Part shown: piece after piece, positions 54,977-63,888 of the stretch
Layout: every line of letters begins with the position of its first letter
How positions within the stretch are numbered: the stretch's first letter is position 1
Assembly (NCBI GenBank): GCA_009839725.1
Contig: VXPF01000024.1
Location: forward strand, 94,775 to 158,774
Direction: 5' to 3'
Length of the DNA stretch: 64,000 bases
From: Dehalococcoidia bacterium
Lineage (GTDB): Bacteria > Chloroflexota > Dehalococcoidia > Tepidiformales > Tepidiformaceae
Translations under genes and position numbers: made by a program
The notes under the pieces: model-generated
What the model saw: the letters and a program-made list of their open reading frames with translations, nothing else
What the model was told of the DNA's origin: nothing
Databases searched by the model: none

Positions 54977-56101
54977 ATGCGCCGGCTGTTCGTCTGCATC
55001 CTGGTCGCTCTCGCGGCCACCCTGGTCGCCTGCGGCTCCGACGACGACGGCCGCTCGCTGTCGCTCGAGGACGCGGTTGGCCAGATGCTGCTGATCGGCT
55101 TCCAGGGCGAGCGGCTGGACGAAGAAACGGCTTCGCTCCTGGACGACATCGCGCCCGGCGGCGTCATCCTGTTCGATTACGACCTGCCGTCCGGAGGAGC
55201 GAAGCCGCGCAACATCACGTCGCCGGAGCAGCTGCGCGCCCTCATCGCGGAGCTGCAGGCGCAGGCCGATATCGCCTATTTCGTTGCCATCGACGTCGAA
55301 GGCGGGCTCATCAACCGGCTGAAGCCCGTCTACGGGTTCAGCATCGATCTGGCGAGTCACCAGGTGCTCGGCGCGGGCGCGGCGGCGGCAACGGGGGCCG
55401 CGGCGTCGGCCTCGGCGGAGGAGCTGCACGAGCTCGGCATCAACTGGAATCTCGCCCCGGTTGTGGATGTCAACGTCTTTCCCGAGAGCCCGGCGATCGG
55501 CGCCCTGGAGCGTTCCTTCAGCGACGACCCGGACGTCGTGGCCGCCCACGCCCGGGCATTCGCCGAGGCGCACGCCGCCGCCGGCGTCATCTCCTCCCTC
55601 AAGCACTTTCCCGGCCACGGCAGCGCCGTTGGGGACACCCACCTCGGCGTCACCGACGTTACCGCCAGCTTCGTGCGGGAAGACGAGCTGGCGCCCTATC
55701 GACGTCTGATCGAGGACGGCTACGACGACGCCGTCATGACGGCCCACATCGTGAACCGTGACCTCGATCCGACCGGCCGCCCCGCTACCCTGTCGACCGC
55801 GATCGTGACGGGCCTTCTGCGCGAGGAACTGGGCTTCAAGGGGGTCATCCTCTCCGACGACATGCAGATGGGGGCGATCGTCGAGGAGTACAGCCTCGAG
55901 CGTACGGCGGTTGAGGCTGTCAAGGCCGGGGTCGACGTGATCCTCATCGCCAACCAGCTGTCCGACGACACAACCGAGGTCTACCGCGTGAAGCAAGCCA
56001 TTCTCGACGCCGTGGCCGACGGAGAGATCTCGGAAGACCGGATCTACGAGTCGGTCGATCGCATCCTGGAGCTCAAGCGCCGCTACGGCCTGCTCGACTA
56101 G
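54977..56101 (+). CDS. Glycoside hydrolase family 3 N-terminal-domain lipoprotein (NagZ-like beta-N-acetylhexosaminidase)
   Basis: Lipobox LVAC, GQMLLIGF, KHFPGHG and GVILSDDMQMGAI. Start set at ATG 54977; the track TTG 54944 is the alternative. Confidence 0.8.
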   Translation: MRRLFVCILVALAATLVACGSDDDGRSLSLEDAVGQMLLIGFQGERLDEETASLLDDIAPGGVILFDYDLPSGGAKPRNITSPEQLRALIAELQAQADIAYFVAIDVEGGLINRLKPVYGFSIDLASHQVLGAGAAAATGAAASASAEELHELGINWNLAPVVDVNVFPESPAIGALERSFSDDPDVVAAHARAFAEAHAAAGVISSLKHFPGHGSAVGDTHLGVTDVTASFVREDELAPYRRLIEDGYDDAVMTAHIVNRDLDPTGRPATLSTAIVTGLLREELGFKGVILSDDMQMGAIVEEYSLERTAVEAVKAGVDVILIANQLSDDTTEVYRVKQAILDAVADGEISEDRIYESVDRILELKRRYGLLD

Positions 56102-56128
56102 ACCACTGGCGCCCCGCAGTCGCGCGGG

Positions 56129-57454
56129 CTATCTCGACAGGAGCCAGTCCACCAGCGCGTCCACGAAGGCGTCGCCGTAGCCCGGGAAGTGGCTGCTGCC
56201 TTCCCCTTCCCACAGCTCGATCGTGATGCCCTCGGCGCAGCCCGACTCGAGGCGGTAGGCCCGCGTTTCGGCGCCCGACACCCACTGGTCGAGATCGAAG
56301 GTCGCGTGGGGCTGGAGGTCTTTGGGCCAGTCGCAACCGGCGCGCTGACTCCAGCGCGTCACCATCTCGCGAGCCCCCGCGTAGAACGCCGGCTCCCGGT
56401 CGCCCGCTGGATTCCGCTCCTGCTCGTCGCCTTCGAAGTGGATGACGCTGTCGGCCGTGCCGTGGATGTGCAGCACGGACACGGGCGGCGCGCCTTCGCA
56501 GCTGGTGTCTTCGACGTAGCTCGTCCCCGCGAGGCTGGCCACGGCGCGAAGGCCTGGGAGACCCTTGCAGGCCATGTGATACGACATGAACCCGCCGTTG
56601 GAGTAGCCAAAGAAATACACCGGACCGAAGTCGCGGGCAGTCCGCGCCAGGGCCACGAGCTCGGTCAGGTAGGCCACGTCATCTTCGCCGGTCTTTCCCT
56701 CCTCGCAGCACCGGTCGGTGGGGTTCCAGAAGCGGTAGCCCGCGTCGTTCGGAATCCCGTTGGGCAGCAGGAGCGCGAACCCGTGGGAGTTCACGCGCTC
56801 GTGAAGCGGCAGGAAGGCGGTGTGGGAGGCGGAGTCCCCACCGAAGCCGTGCAGGGACACGATCAGCGGCGTCTCGCCGTCGATGAAGTCCCGCGGCAGC
56901 ACGAGAACCGACCGGTCACCCCGGCCGGGATGGTCGAGGTAGACGACCTCCCCGCCCGCGTCCTGGGCCAGTCTGACGGTCCGGCCCAGAACACTCCCCT
57001 CCGCCGGCGACTCCTGCTCGTCCTTGTCCTGCGCCAGCTGCTCCAGGATTGGCACAACCGCCTCCAGCCTGGAGAGAGCGGCCTCGATCTCCACGAGACG
57101 GGATTCGATGTCGGCCAATTGCTCCTGCTCGCCAGCGGCGCCGTCCCGCGCTTCCGCGCGGGCGGCCTGCTCCTCTCGCAGGGCCGCGATGTCCCGCTTC
57201 AGCGCATCGGTGTCCTCGGCGAGCGTCTCCAGGGACGCTTCCAGGGTCCGGATCTGCTCCTCCAGTTCGAGCACGCGCTCGTCGCGGGCGGCATCTTCGC
57301 CCCCACCGGAGCACGCGAGCAGGGTGGCCGCCAGCAGCACGCAGAGCGCCGCGGCAAACAGTGGCCGCAACACGCCGGCGCCACCAGGCCCGGGCGTGAC
57401 GGTGAGCCTCACTGGTCCTCGTCGAATGCAGGAATCACGCCGCGAAGTATCCAT
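56129..57454 (-). CDS. Lipoprotein esterase of the PHB-depolymerase/LpqC (COG3509) family with an N-terminal coiled-coil stalk
   Basis: Lipobox LLAC. About 110 aa of heptad-like Glu/Ala/Leu sequence. Then LIVSLHGFGG, RFWNPTDRCC and the nucleophile elbow GYSNGG. Confidence 0.7.
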   Translation of the reverse strand: MDTSRRDSCIRRGPVRLTVTPGPGGAGVLRPLFAAALCVLLAATLLACSGGGEDAARDERVLELEEQIRTLEASLETLAEDTDALKRDIAALREEQAARAEARDGAAGEQEQLADIESRLVEIEAALSRLEAVVPILEQLAQDKDEQESPAEGSVLGRTVRLAQDAGGEVVYLDHPGRGDRSVLVLPRDFIDGETPLIVSLHGFGGDSASHTAFLPLHERVNSHGFALLLPNGIPNDAGYRFWNPTDRCCEEGKTGEDDVAYLTELVALARTARDFGPVYFFGYSNGGFMSYHMACKGLPGLRAVASLAGTSYVEDTSCEGAPPVSVLHIHGTADSVIHFEGDEQERNPAGDREPAFYAGAREMVTRWSQRAGCDWPKDLQPHATFDLDQWVSGAETRAYRLESGCAEGITIELWEGEGSSHFPGYGDAFVDALVDWLLSR

Positions 57455-57551
57455 GCTCGCGTCCGTTGTGAGGAGGGACGCCCTTGCGCTTTACTAACCG
57501 GCGGCGGAGTAATCTCAGTGCCGAAGGGCACGTTGAGTTCGGAGGTCGACC

Positions 57552-58724
57552 ATGGTTCTTCCAGCCGCCGCCGCCCGCAATCTCGGCACGGAAACGGCGT
57601 TCGAAGTCCTGGCGCGAGCGAACAGGCTCGCGGCCGAGGGGCGCTCGACCATCAACCTCGGCATCGGTCAGCCGGACTTCGAGACACCCGACAATATCGT
57701 CCAGGCGGGCAAGCGCGCCCTTGCCGAAGGGAAGCACGGCTATACCCCCGGCGCCGGTATCCCCGAACTGCGGGAGGCGGTGGCCAGGGACCTCAAGCGC
57801 CGCCACGGGGCGGACGTCGATCCCGAGACGGTGCTCATCACGCCGGGGGCGAAGCCGGTCATGTTCTTCGCGGCCCTCCTCATGGGCGAGCCCGGCGTGG
57901 AGGTCATGTATCCCAACCCCGGCTTCCCCATCTACGAGTCCGTCATCCGCTTCTCGGGTGCGACTCCCATCCCCATCGAGCTGCACGAGGCCGATGGCTT
58001 CACCTTCGACCCCGACCAGGTCCTCGGCCAGATCAATGAGCGCACCCGCCTGATCATCCTGAACAGCCCCGCGAACCCGACCGGTGGCGTGTACACCCCG
58101 GAGCAGGTCGAGCGCCTCGTCGAGGGCCTCGAGCGCTGGCCCGAGGTTGTCATCCTGAGCGACGAGATCTACTCCCGCATCCTCTACGAGGGCCGCTCGC
58201 ACGTCTCCTGGCTCAACTACCCGCAGCTTCGCGACCGGCTCATCGTCCTCGATGGCTGGAGCAAGACATATGCGATGACCGGCTGGCGGCTCGGCTACGG
58301 TGTCTTCCCGCCCGACCTCTTCCCCTTCGCGGAGCGACTCGCCATCAACAGCTACAGCTGTCCCAACGCCGCTACCCAGTACGCGGCGATCGAAGCCCTC
58401 GAAGGTCCACAGGATGCCGTCGACGTCATGACGGAGGCGTTCGATGAGCGCCGCAAGGTCATCGTCAGGGAGCTCAACGACGTGCCCGGCGTGAGCTGCG
58501 TCGATCCCGGCGGCGCCTTCTACGCCTTCCCCAACATCTCCGGGACCGGCATCGATACCCGCGTCCTGCAGGAACGCTTGCTCGAGGAGGCCGGGGTCGC
58601 CGTGATCGCCGGGACCAGCTTCGGCCATCTTGGCGAGGGCTATCTGCGCTTCAGCTACGCCGCCTCGCTCGACGAGATCGTCGAAGGGGTCGACCGCATG
58701 CGCACCCTGCTGGCGAACTGGTAG
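57552..58724 (+). CDS. Class I/II pyridoxal-phosphate-dependent aminotransferase (aspartate aminotransferase-like)
   Basis: INLGIGQPDF, NSPANPTG and the PLP-lysine region SKTYAMTGWRLGY. GGAGG before the ATG. Confidence 0.9.
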   Translation: MVLPAAAARNLGTETAFEVLARANRLAAEGRSTINLGIGQPDFETPDNIVQAGKRALAEGKHGYTPGAGIPELREAVARDLKRRHGADVDPETVLITPGAKPVMFFAALLMGEPGVEVMYPNPGFPIYESVIRFSGATPIPIELHEADGFTFDPDQVLGQINERTRLIILNSPANPTGGVYTPEQVERLVEGLERWPEVVILSDEIYSRILYEGRSHVSWLNYPQLRDRLIVLDGWSKTYAMTGWRLGYGVFPPDLFPFAERLAINSYSCPNAATQYAAIEALEGPQDAVDVMTEAFDERRKVIVRELNDVPGVSCVDPGGAFYAFPNISGTGIDTRVLQERLLEEAGVAVIAGTSFGHLGEGYLRFSYAASLDEIVEGVDRMRTLLANW

Positions 58725-58737
58725 CGGCCTCGAACGC

Positions 58738-59646
58738 CTAGCGCAGGCCCTGCTGCTCGAGAAACTCCCGCAGGGCCGCCGCGCATGCCTCCGGTTGCTC
58801 AAAGGGGAGGAAGTGGGTCGCATCGGGAAGGAAGTCGTAGTCGACCTCTCGAATGTCGCCAAGGTCGAGCGTGGGGATGTAGGTGTAGGGGAGGGTCGGA
58901 TCCGCTCCGAACGCCTTGACCGGGCAGGCGAGCTCAGCGAAGTCGATGGACACCGCGAAGAGCCTCCCGTACTCGATGATCTGCGCTTCGTACTCCGGCG
59001 GGCAAATCAGCTCGTATCCCTCCCCGGAGGGCAGCTCCCGCAGGGTTGTTTCCGCCATCAGCTCGAGGACCCCGGGGACCGCGTTCCGGTAGTTCGGGGA
59101 GAAACCCAGGAGCTCGACGAAGGCTTGTCTGCTCTTGAAGCGGTGACCTCTCCGTCGCACGCTGCCCGCGGTCTTGATCGACGCCTCATCGAACTCCTCG
59201 TGGCTGATGCCCGGCCTGCGGAGTGGCGGATCGAAGAGGAAGAGCCCGGAGAAGCCTCGGCACTTCCCCGGCGAGAGGAGCGTCGTCAACGCCGAGAAGG
59301 AGTGAAAGACCCCCGCCTTCGGCTTCTCCCCGTACTCGGCGTCGACTGCTTCCAGGATCGTGTCCTGGTCACGCGCAATCGTCGGGACGGTGTGTCCGTC
59401 CAGTGAGCCGACTTCGTTCCAGCCGTGATTCCGCAGGTCGTAGAGCACGAGGTCGAACTCGTCCTCGAGAAGCGACCAGAACGGGTAGTAGAGGTCGATG
59501 GCGAGGCCGTTGCCGTGGCTCAGGACGAGTCGCGGGCCGGCAGGGTTCCCGTGCCGCCGCACTTTGATCACCGTGTCGCCGTCCACCTGGACGTCCAGTG
59601 TGGAGAGCGGCTCCGGCAGCCTCCAGGCTGCCTCGGGATCACTCAT
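58738..59646 (-). CDS. Alpha/beta hydrolase with an atypical nucleophile elbow (FHSFSA)
   Basis: RLVLSHGNG, VFHSFSA and C-terminal DATHFLPFEQP. Confidence 0.7.
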   Translation of the reverse strand: MSDPEAAWRLPEPLSTLDVQVDGDTVIKVRRHGNPAGPRLVLSHGNGLAIDLYYPFWSLLEDEFDLVLYDLRNHGWNEVGSLDGHTVPTIARDQDTILEAVDAEYGEKPKAGVFHSFSALTTLLSPGKCRGFSGLFLFDPPLRRPGISHEEFDEASIKTAGSVRRRGHRFKSRQAFVELLGFSPNYRNAVPGVLELMAETTLRELPSGEGYELICPPEYEAQIIEYGRLFAVSIDFAELACPVKAFGADPTLPYTYIPTLDLGDIREVDYDFLPDATHFLPFEQPEACAAALREFLEQQGLR

Positions 59647-59799
59647 TGGCAGGTACCTGTTCCGCGCTCGGTGTCCGTCGTGACAACGACACGCGCAACT
59701 CTACGCCCCTGACGAACTTCTAGGGACGCGCCGCACTCCTGGCAAGGGAATCCACCATCGCGGGCCGCGCGCTCTGCTGAGAGCTGCGACCGGCGACGC

Positions 59800-60039
59800 C
59801 TAGCCTGCGTCGAGGTGTGCGATGAGGTCAGACGGGGTCAGGAGCTCGGCAAACTGCTCGGCCGAGATATCGACCCCAAACTCTTCGTTCACGAGCTTCC
59901 AGAAAGCCACGATGTCGGGGGAAGGAACGCCGGCGTCGGCGAAGTTGCGGCTCTCGTTCAGGGGCGTCCCGGGCGTTCGGCCCTCGACCTCCAGGTTGTC
60001 GTCGACGATCTTCCGCAGTCGTTCTTCGGTTGTGGCCAT
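59800..60039 (-). CDS. Acyl-carrier-protein-like small protein (79 aa) with a divergent Ser motif
   Basis: Aligns by eye with E. coli ACP end to end (MATTEERLRKIV versus MSTIEERVKKII; DAGVPSPDIVAFWKLVNEEFGVDI versus [24 protein letters not shown]). Ser is retained, but DSL is replaced by PSP. CAGGAG lies before ATG 60039. Confidence 0.55.
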   Translation of the reverse strand: MATTEERLRKIVDDNLEVEGRTPGTPLNESRNFADAGVPSPDIVAFWKLVNEEFGVDISAEQFAELLTPSDLIAHLDAG

Positions 60040-60290
60040 GTGTACATGCTCCTGTAGGAAATTGGGACCATTCGCGGCGAAAGAATAGGCAGGCCCATCG
60101 GGATCGTCAATCTGGAACCGGGAGCAGCGCGAGTTCGATGAGCCCTGAGACCTAAGGGCCTGCAACCGGGGCCGCGGCGAGTGGAGCGGTGTCCCGGCAG
60201 CGAAACATGCCGGCATTCCTCGCCCGCGAACGTGCCGGCTCTTAACCGGGGAGATGCAGTGCCGTCGCCTGCTCCCGTACGCTGGTTCAC

Positions 60291-60623
60291 ATGGCCGACG
60301 CATCGAATGCCGCCCCACCCGTGACCGTGGTGACGGTCTACCCGATGACCGGCCGCCAGCTCTTCCTGAACGTACCCCACGCAGTCTGCGAGGAGTGCGA
60401 TCTGACTGTACGCCTCGTCCAGCGCGTCGCCTCCGACCTGCCCCACGTCCAGGTTCGCATCAAGCCCTGGTTCGACCACATGTTCGATGCCCTGCGCCGC
60501 GGGGGCTGGCACCCCCCGGTCGTGACGATTGACGGAAGAATCACCACGCAGGGCGTCGTCCCCGATGAGGGCGAGCTTCGCAGCGCCCTCGCGCGTGCCG
60601 CCATCGGCGCCGATGACGGCTGA
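60291..60623 (+). CDS. Thioredoxin/glutaredoxin-fold protein with CEEC motif
   Basis: Beta strand VTVVTVY, CxxC (CEEC), and a cis-Pro-like PPVVTIDG, in the order expected for the fold. Confidence 0.5.
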   Translation: MADASNAAPPVTVVTVYPMTGRQLFLNVPHAVCEECDLTVRLVQRVASDLPHVQVRIKPWFDHMFDALRRGGWHPPVVTIDGRITTQGVVPDEGELRSALARAAIGADDG

Positions 60624-61530
60624 CCGCCCCGGCTCCCCCGCCGGGGGCTTGCGCACGCTCCCCGGCGGATACTTCGCCGTCGGCACCGCGCGCGAGTGGG
60701 TCACGGCCTGCGCTGCCATCCTCATCCTCTGCGGGCCCGCTAGGCTCTTACTCCGCCTCGCGGGAGCGCTGCCAGACCGGCTCCACGGTCGGCGGGCCTG
60801 CCGCACCGCCGAGCGCTGGTGGGCCCGCCTCGCCGTCCGCGTCATCGGCCTCCGTATCCACATCCATGGCCTCGAGCACATCGATCGGGACGAGCGGTAC
60901 GTGGTCGTTTCCCTGCATGAGGGCTTCGCCGATGGCCTTGCCCTGCTCCACCTTCCCCTCTCGCTCACCGCCGTTGCCCGCGACGAGCTCGCCACGTTTC
61001 CGATCCTCGGCGGCCAGCTCGCGCGGGGGCGGCACCTCTTCATCCGTCCCGAGAAGCCGCTTGAGACCACCCGCACCCTGCGTCGCGAGGCCCGGGCCGC
61101 TGTTGAGGCCGGAGATAGCATCCTGCTCTTCCCCCAGGGGTCCATCCTCGGCATCGAGGTCGCGTTCCAGCGGGGAGCCTTCAATCTCGCGGGCCGCCTC
61201 GGCCGCCCCCTCCTCCCGGTCGTGGTCACCGGCGGCCACCGCGTCTGGGAGCACCCCTTCGCCCCCACCCTGAGAACCCGCCAGTCCATGACCGTCGACG
61301 TACTCCCTCCGGTCCCGCCCGGCGAAGCCGGCTCCCTGCGGGAAGCGACCGAGCGGCGCATGAAGCAAGTGGCCCTCGCCAGCGCGCCGCCGCCCCGCCA
61401 CTTCGTTCCCGCTCGCGATGGGTTCTGGGACGACTACCGCTACGAGATCGACCCGGCCTTCCCCGATCTCGCTCGACAGGTCGCCACCCATCGGGCAGCC
61501 GGGTCCCGTGAGCGGCAGGGACGCTCCTAG
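60613..61530 (+). CDS. Lysophospholipid (1-acyl-sn-glycerol-3-phosphate, PlsC-like) acyltransferase
   Basis: HX4D motif in SLHEGFADG, FPQGS motif, and an N-terminal hydrophobic segment. Start ATG 60613 overlaps the upstream gene by 11 nt. Confidence 0.75.
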   Translation: MTADRPGSPAGGLRTLPGGYFAVGTAREWVTACAAILILCGPARLLLRLAGALPDRLHGRRACRTAERWWARLAVRVIGLRIHIHGLEHIDRDERYVVVSLHEGFADGLALLHLPLSLTAVARDELATFPILGGQLARGRHLFIRPEKPLETTRTLRREARAAVEAGDSILLFPQGSILGIEVAFQRGAFNLAGRLGRPLLPVVVTGGHRVWEHPFAPTLRTRQSMTVDVLPPVPPGEAGSLREATERRMKQVALASAPPPRHFVPARDGFWDDYRYEIDPAFPDLARQVATHRAAGSRERQGRS

Positions 61531-61535
61531 TCCGC

Positions 61536-61913
61536 TCAGCGCGGGTCGAACTCCACCAGCAGGTCTCCCACCGAACGGATACTGCTCCCGCGCTTGCGGG
61601 CCCTGATGGTGTCCATCTGCTCGTCGGCCAGCCGGGGCGACTTCATCACCCGAAGCAGCTCTTCGGCGCCCACGATCGCCTCCCGCCGGGCGAGCTGGTA
61701 GCCGATGCAGAAGTGGCGCCCGAGCCCGAAGCCGAGGTGTCCGAACAGGCCGTCGCGGGAGTAGCCGGCCCGCAGATCCCGCTCGGAGTACAGGTCCCCC
61801 CGGAACGGGTCGAACCGGTCCGGCTCGTCGAAGACCGCATGCGTACGGTTCCCGATGGGCGCCCCCAGCCCCTTGACCGCTCGCCGGGACCGCTGGTAGG
61901 CATAGCCCAACAC
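61536..61913 (-). pseudogene. Cytochrome P450 3' remnant (last ~110 codons only)
   Basis: Retains NRTHAVFDEPDRFDPFR and the heme loop FGLGRHFCIGYQLARRE. The space where the N-terminal ~290 codons should be is occupied by GYD and amt on the other strand. Confidence 0.75.
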
Positions 61914-61930
61914 GTTGAGGAGGCAGGGAG

Positions 61931-62251
61931 ATGGGCAAGTACTTGCTCCAGGCGAGCTACACGCAGGAAGGCCTCGCGGGCCTGGTCAAGGAGGGCGGGA
62001 CCAGCCGTCGCGCCGCCCTGGCCGAGACAATCGAGGGGGTGGGCGGCACGCTCGAGTCGCTCTACTTCGCCTTCGGCGACACGGACCTGTTGATCATCGC
62101 CGACCTGCCCGACGACGCGGCCGCCACCGCCGTCTCGCTCGCGGTGGGCGCGGCGGGCGCACTCAGTGCGAGCGTTACCGTCCTGGTCACCCCGGAGACC
62201 GTCGACGACGCCATCGCCAGGAGCGTCCCCTACCGGCCGCCGGGAGCCTGA
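61931..62251 (+). CDS. GYD domain protein
   Basis: MGKYLLQASYTQEGLAGLVKEGG...ESLYFAFGDTDLLIIADLPD is the family signature. Confidence 0.8.
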   Translation: MGKYLLQASYTQEGLAGLVKEGGTSRRAALAETIEGVGGTLESLYFAFGDTDLLIIADLPDDAAATAVSLAVGAAGALSASVTVLVTPETVDDAIARSVPYRPPGA

Positions 62252-62398
62252 CGGGCAGACAGCGGCCGGCCCGGGATCCGTCCTCCCGCCGCGGGCGCCC
62301 CCTCCTGCAAGGGCGCTTACACCGCGGCCGCCAATAGCCTTGACTCCCTGTTGTAGGCTCGCCCGCAGGGTGCCGCACCTGCCGGGGAGGGCCTGAGC

Positions 62399-63841
62399 AT
62401 GGTCGCCAGACTTCGTCCGTATCGTCGCGCCGCCATCATCCTCGCCGTCACCGCCGTTGGCGCCGCCGCCATCTTCCTTGGCCGCCCCGCCATCGCCGAG
62501 GCCGCCGCCGTGGACGGCGAGACCGAGTTCGTCCTCAACACCTTCGCCTTCCTCATCTGGGGGGCGCTCGTGATGTGGATGTGCGCCGGCTTCACCATGC
62601 TCGAATCCGGCTCTGTCCGCACCAAGAACGCCTCGATGATCTGCCTCAAGAACATCGGCATCTACTCGATCGCTGGCCTCGCCTACTTCGTCATCGGCTA
62701 CAACCTCATGTACGTCGATGTCGTGGGCGACTTCATCGGCTCCTTCAACCTGCTCTACGAAGCCTCCGACGTTGAGCTTGCCTTGCTCGAAGCGGAGGAA
62801 CTCGAGCAGGCCGTGGCCGCCGAAGCTGTCCTCGCCGATGAGTCCTACGCGACCATGTCCGACTGGTTCTTCCAGATGGTCTTCGTGGCCACGGCCGCCT
62901 CGATCGTCTCCGGCGCGCTCGCCGAGCGCGTCAAGATGTGGCCCTTCTTCTTCTTCACCCTCGCTCTGACCGCCGTCATCTACCCCATCGTGGGGGCGTG
63001 GACGTGGGGTGGTGGCTGGCTCAACGAGCTGGGCTTCCAGGACTTCGCCGGTTCCACCATCGTGCATGGGGTCGGGGGCTGGGCGGCCCTCGCCGGCATC
63101 CTCGTCGTCGGCCCCCGGCTCGGGAAGTTCCGCGCGGACGGCAGCGTCAGGCCCACTCCCCCCTCGAATGTCCTCGTGGTGACGCTCGGCGTCTTCATCC
63201 TCTGGCTCGGCTGGTTCGGGTTCAACGGCGGGTCGCAGCTGGCGCTGGCCAGCACGCTGGATGCCGTCTCCATGAGCCACGTGCTCGTCAACACCAACCT
63301 CGCCGCGGCAGCCGGCGTCATGGCCGCCCTCGGCCTCTCGCGTTTTGTCTTCGGGCGCATCGACCTGATCACAGGCCTGAACGGCGCCATCGCCGGGCTC
63401 GTCTCCATCACCGCTGGCCCCACAATGACGGAGCACTGGTGGGCCATCGTCATCGGCGCAATTGGCGGCGTGCTCTGCACGCTCGCCATCAAGCTCTTCG
63501 AGAAGCTCAGGCTCGACGACGTCGTCGGCGCGGTTCCCGCCCACCTCGTCGCCGGCATCTGGGGCACGCTCGCCGTCTGTATCGCCGCCGGAGGCGACTT
63601 CGGCGTCCAGATCGCGGGCGTCGCGGCCGTTGGCGCGTTCGTGTTCACGACGTCGTTCGTGCTCTGGAAGGGCCTGGCCCTCACGGTCCAGGCGCGCGTC
63701 TCCCCCGAGGTGGAGCAGCTCGGCCAGGACGCCGGCGAGCTCGGCATCGAAGCCTACCCCGAGTTCGTGCTCATGCCCGACGACTTCTCGCTGCCGGAGC
63801 CCCCGCCACCCGAGCCCGAGGAGGCGCCCGCCGAGGCCTGA
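62399..63841 (+). CDS. amt: Ammonium transporter
   Basis: MCAGFTMLESGSVRTKN, DFAGSTIVHGVGGWAAL and the twin-His region HLVAGIWGTL. Confidence 0.92.
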   Translation: MVARLRPYRRAAIILAVTAVGAAAIFLGRPAIAEAAAVDGETEFVLNTFAFLIWGALVMWMCAGFTMLESGSVRTKNASMICLKNIGIYSIAGLAYFVIGYNLMYVDVVGDFIGSFNLLYEASDVELALLEAEELEQAVAAEAVLADESYATMSDWFFQMVFVATAASIVSGALAERVKMWPFFFFTLALTAVIYPIVGAWTWGGGWLNELGFQDFAGSTIVHGVGGWAALAGILVVGPRLGKFRADGSVRPTPPSNVLVVTLGVFILWLGWFGFNGGSQLALASTLDAVSMSHVLVNTNLAAAAGVMAALGLSRFVFGRIDLITGLNGAIAGLVSITAGPTMTEHWWAIVIGAIGGVLCTLAIKLFEKLRLDDVVGAVPAHLVAGIWGTLAVCIAAGGDFGVQIAGVAAVGAFVFTTSFVLWKGLALTVQARVSPEVEQLGQDAGELGIEAYPEFVLMPDDFSLPEPPPPEPEEAPAEA

Positions 63842-63852
63842 TCCGGGGCCGT

Positions 63853-63888
63853 ACATGTGCCGCACATGTGATAATGTGGGGCACATGT
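63853..63888 (+). promoter_or_regulatory. Operator/promoter: three ACATGT-core palindromes flanking a GATAAT -10-like box, overlapping the antitoxin start
   Basis: ACATGTGC-C-GCACATGT is a perfect inverted repeat at 63853-63869. GATAAT lies at 63870-63875. A third GCACATGT at 63881-63888 covers ATG 63885. Confidence 0.45.

Noticed and set aside
61646-63886. 746-aa minus-strand ORF
   Set aside because: It is antisense to GYD and the ammonium transporter, both of which have unambiguous signatures. The sequence is low-complexity Gly/Asp/Arg.
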